Source: Patescibacteria group bacterium (GTDB taxonomy: Bacteria > Patescibacteriota > Minisyncoccia > UBA6257 > HR35). Taken from it: a stretch of 27,008 nt of DNA. The position numbers and the translations under genes were made by a program. The notes below the pieces were generated by a model. The model saw only the letters and a list, made by a program, of their open reading frames with translations, had not been told where the DNA came from and did not search any database. Location of the stretch: NCBI GenBank assembly GCA_023480925.1, contig JAMCWY010000023.1:1-27008 (forward strand). Reading direction: 5' to 3'. The first letter of the stretch is position 1; each line of letters opens with the position of its first letter. Below are positions 25,026 to 27,008 of the stretch, piece after piece.

Positions 25026-26075
25026 ATGGACGGCAAACTTAAACTTGGATTTTTTGAAAGTGAAAGTTGGCAAGAGGATTTTATTAAAAATAAAGCCAGC
25101 CAACTTGGGGCCAAGGTCGATTTTTATTTTTTTAAAGAAAAACTTGATCGCGATTTAATCGAATCGAAACCTGATTTAATTAAAGATCTTGATCTAATCA
25201 GTATTTTTATTTGTTCAAAGATCGATCGGGAAATTTTAGAAAATTTTCCTGAGCTGAAATTTATCACGACTCGCTCGACCGGCTTTGATCATATTGATCT
25301 TGACGCTTGCGTCCAAAAGAATATCGTTGTCAGTTTTGTTCCGCATTATGGCGACAATACGGTCGCGGAATGGACTTTTGGTTTAATTTTAAACTTAGCT
25401 CGAAAAATTTACTTAGCTATTGATCAGATTAAAGAAAGCGGGTCTTATAATTTGGATAATCTTCAAGGCCAAGATATTAAGAATCGGACTTTGGGCGTGA
25501 TTGGGACGGGCCGAATCGGCAAGGAGGTGATTAAAATCGCCAAGGGTTTTTCTATGAATGTCATCGCTTACGATCTTTATCCTGATCAGGCCAGCGCTCA
25601 AATCCTTGGTTTTTCTTACCGGGAAAAACTTGAAGATGTCTTGGCTCAGGCCGATATTATTACTCTTCACGCGCCTCTGAGCGAAAAAACTTTTCATCTG
25701 ATTAACCAAGCCAATGTCGGTTTAATTAAAAAAGGCGCTCTGATTGTTAATACGGCCAGGGGCGCCTTGATCGAAACGGACGCTTTAGTCAAAGCTTTGG
25801 ACGAAAACATTATCGCCGGCGCCGCTTTGGATGTTTTGGAAGAAGAAGGCGTGGTTAAAGATGAGATGGCCATACTTACCTTTGGCCACCCCGAGGAACA
25901 TAATCTTAAGGTTGTTTTAGAAGATTGCTTATTAATGAAGATGCCGAATGTTTTAATTACGCCTCATAATGCTTTTAACTCGAAGGAGGCCTTGATTCGA
26001 ATTTTACAAACAACCATTGATAATATTGATGCTTTCATTCAAGGCAAACCAATTAATATCGTTCCCAAAAAATAA
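25026..26075 (+). CDS. D-isomer-specific 2-hydroxyacid dehydrogenase (D-lactate dehydrogenase-like)
   Basis: Rossmann motif GVIGTGRIGKEV, then NTARG, ALDVLEEE and ITPHNAF (catalytic His region). Confidence 0.85.
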   Translation: MDGKLKLGFFESESWQEDFIKNKASQLGAKVDFYFFKEKLDRDLIESKPDLIKDLDLISIFICSKIDREILENFPELKFITTRSTGFDHIDLDACVQKNIVVSFVPHYGDNTVAEWTFGLILNLARKIYLAIDQIKESGSYNLDNLQGQDIKNRTLGVIGTGRIGKEVIKIAKGFSMNVIAYDLYPDQASAQILGFSYREKLEDVLAQADIITLHAPLSEKTFHLINQANVGLIKKGALIVNTARGALIETDALVKALDENIIAGAALDVLEEEGVVKDEMAILTFGHPEEHNLKVVLEDCLLMKMPNVLITPHNAFNSKEALIRILQTTIDNIDAFIQGKPINIVPKK

Positions 26076-26109
26076 ATTTTTAAAAAATAAACCGCGAAAA
26101 TCTCAAAAA

Positions 26110-26138
26110 ACAAAAAATCCATTTTAATTTTCGCGTCA
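26110..26138 (+). repeat. 29-bp direct repeat, copy 1 (ACAAAAAATCCATTTTAATTTTCGCGTCA)
   Basis: Identical to 26980-27008. It includes the 3' arm (ATTTTCGCG, 26127-26135) of a hairpin whose 5' arm (CGCGAAAAT, 26093-26101) lies outside the repeat, just after the dehydrogenase stop. Confidence 0.95.
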
Positions 26139-26490
26139 AATGTCATATCAGTGTATTCATCACAAATACAGTCTGAGGACGGTCTTTCCGGGCCGCCCTT
26201 ATTTGAACTTATCCACGATGGTCCAGATAATCAGATTTTTGTAGCTATTAGTATTTGGCCGAAGAAGTCTTCGGTGATATAGATAAAATGTGAAAGTGGG
26301 CGTTGAAAGAAGGCGCTATCACTAATCCCGAATTTCAGCTTATAATGAAGGACACAATGACCGAACTCGAAAAATCTTTTAACAAGGAGGACGAGCTATT
26401 TATTTTAGTTAATGTAAATAAGGACAATAATGGCAGGTTGGTGTATTTTGAATACCCCATTCGTTCCAATGAAAACGCTGGTTAAAAAAA

Positions 26491-26505
26491 ACCTTGATTT
26501 CATCG
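26491..26505. repeat. 15-bp inverted repeat, left arm (ACCTTGATTTCATCG)
   Basis: Exact reverse complement of 26826-26840. Overlaps the TGA that separates pieces A and B. Confidence 0.9.
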
Positions 26506-26825
26506 TGGTCTACTGGACGGAGACGATTATATCAACACAACCAACGGACGTTCTGCCTCGCCGCTTGCGTTTGAGGTGAGATTCGGATTCTGGATAGATG
26601 GCAACACGCTCGAATACGCCTTGGCCGCATCCGGTAAACTCACCATCAAAAAGTTCGATGAGATGTTTTATAAACTGGAAAATGAGTACCCCGTCAAGGA
26701 CGTGAGCGATAAGCCAAACACCATTAGAAAGGAAATCCAGGTGGATGGCGATGTGAAAGCTGTGTTCTCGAAATCAGGCAGAACGCATGACGTGAATATC
26801 GTGCATGCTCCAGAAATCTGACGAC

Positions 26826-26840
26826 CGATGAAATCAAGGT
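26826..26840. repeat. 15-bp inverted repeat, right arm (CGATGAAATCAAGGT)
   Basis: Exact reverse complement of 26491-26505. Lies 5 nt after the stop of piece B, where the frame changes. Confidence 0.9.
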
Positions 26841-26979
26841 GAATATAGACGAAGCACTTGCCGAGGGAAAATTCAAAAGTGAGGAAGAACACAAGTTAGT
26901 GGAAGCATTCAGAAAAGATGTAAAAGATATGGAGTGTAAAGAATAAATCAACAATGTGCTCTCTTAAAAAATCCTCTGT

Positions 26980-27008
26980 ACAAAAAATCCATTTTAATTT
27001 TCGCGTCA
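26980..27008 (+). repeat. 29-bp direct repeat, copy 2 (runs into the window end)
   Basis: Identical to 26110-26138 and 870 bp downstream of it. The true repeat length is unknown because the window ends here. Confidence 0.95.

Larger units (their letters stand above)
26294..26946 (+). pseudogene. decayed or fragmented foreign ORF(s) of unknown function
   Basis: Three coding-looking pieces. Piece A (26294-26485) and piece B (26498-26821) share a frame and are separated by TAA 26483 and TGA 26495. Piece C (26791-26946) is in another frame and reads on as LTTDEIKVNIDEALAEGKFKSEEEHKLVEAFRKDVKDMECKE. Codons are C/G-ending, unlike the rest of the window. Confidence 0.4.

Noticed and set aside
26209-26217. 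One-mismatch DnaA box TTATCCACG inside the terminal cassette
   Set aside because: It is a single imperfect 9-mer with no neighbouring boxes, which is consistent with chance.
26491-26840. MITE-like element defined by the 15-bp terminal inverted repeats
   Set aside because: No target-site duplication flanks the arms (AAAAAAA on the left, GAATATA on the right). The interior has coding-like triplet structure, so a MITE is unsupported. It is kept only as an inverted-repeat observation.
26668-26954. Minus-strand ORFs 26668..26892 and 26724..26954
   Set aside because: Their Ser/Phe/Leu-rich translations are typical of the antisense strand of a plus-strand coding signal. The plus-strand pieces look more protein-like.
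26110-27008. CRISPR array interpretation of the 29-nt repeat
   Set aside because: Only two copies are visible, 870 bp apart. That is far beyond spacer size. The intervening DNA has coding character, and no cas genes lie in the window.
1-27008. Alternative genetic code (UGA read as Gly, as in some CPR lineages) to explain the split genes
   Set aside because: TGA terminates conserved genes at their expected lengths (for example ddl at 952-954). All conserved genes are uninterrupted under the standard code.

Overview
AT-rich, tightly packed housekeeping stretch of a small bacterial genome. Short proteins, a split transketolase, fermentative dehydrogenases and scattered peptidoglycan genes suggest a Patescibacteria/CPR-like organism; this is inference only. 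Genes on the minus strand (1-6.8 kb): ddl, murF, tRNA-Arg(UCU), secG, a compact uvrC and gpmI, next to a 5'-truncated plus-strand DegT-like ORF. Genes on the plus strand (7-26 kb): rny, HU, tsaC, mpg, a disrupted glycerate kinase, an erythrin-VIT1 (MbfA-like) iron transporter, transketolase N and C halves, an FAD-linked oxidase, pepA, murB, mraZ-rsmH-ftsL-ftsI, rpsR and a D-2-hydroxyacid dehydrogenase. TGA is a normal stop codon here. I found no CRISPR array, transposase, integrase, or recognisable multi-gene defence or mobile system, and I do not claim a new system. Five loci are not explained by the housekeeping genes. (1) A 770-bp islet at 9.7-10.4 kb holds a near-consensus promoter driving a ~115-nt three-hairpin transcript, a divergent RHH-like ORF with no canonical start, and a 50-aa hyper-acidic ORF. 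(2) An exact 30-nt copy of mbfA-like coding sequence sits at the break point of the glycerate kinase gene. (3) A 640-bp AT-rich spacer upstream of mraZ carries helically phased TGG/GTGGAT repeats that also match DnaA boxes, plus a tiny transcription unit with Lys-rich micro-ORFs. (4) Two structured non-coding spacers lie at 14.1-14.4 kb and 17.97-18.07 kb. (5) At the 3' window edge, an ~0.85-kb segment with foreign codon usage and decayed coding signal is bracketed by perfect 29-bp direct repeats.
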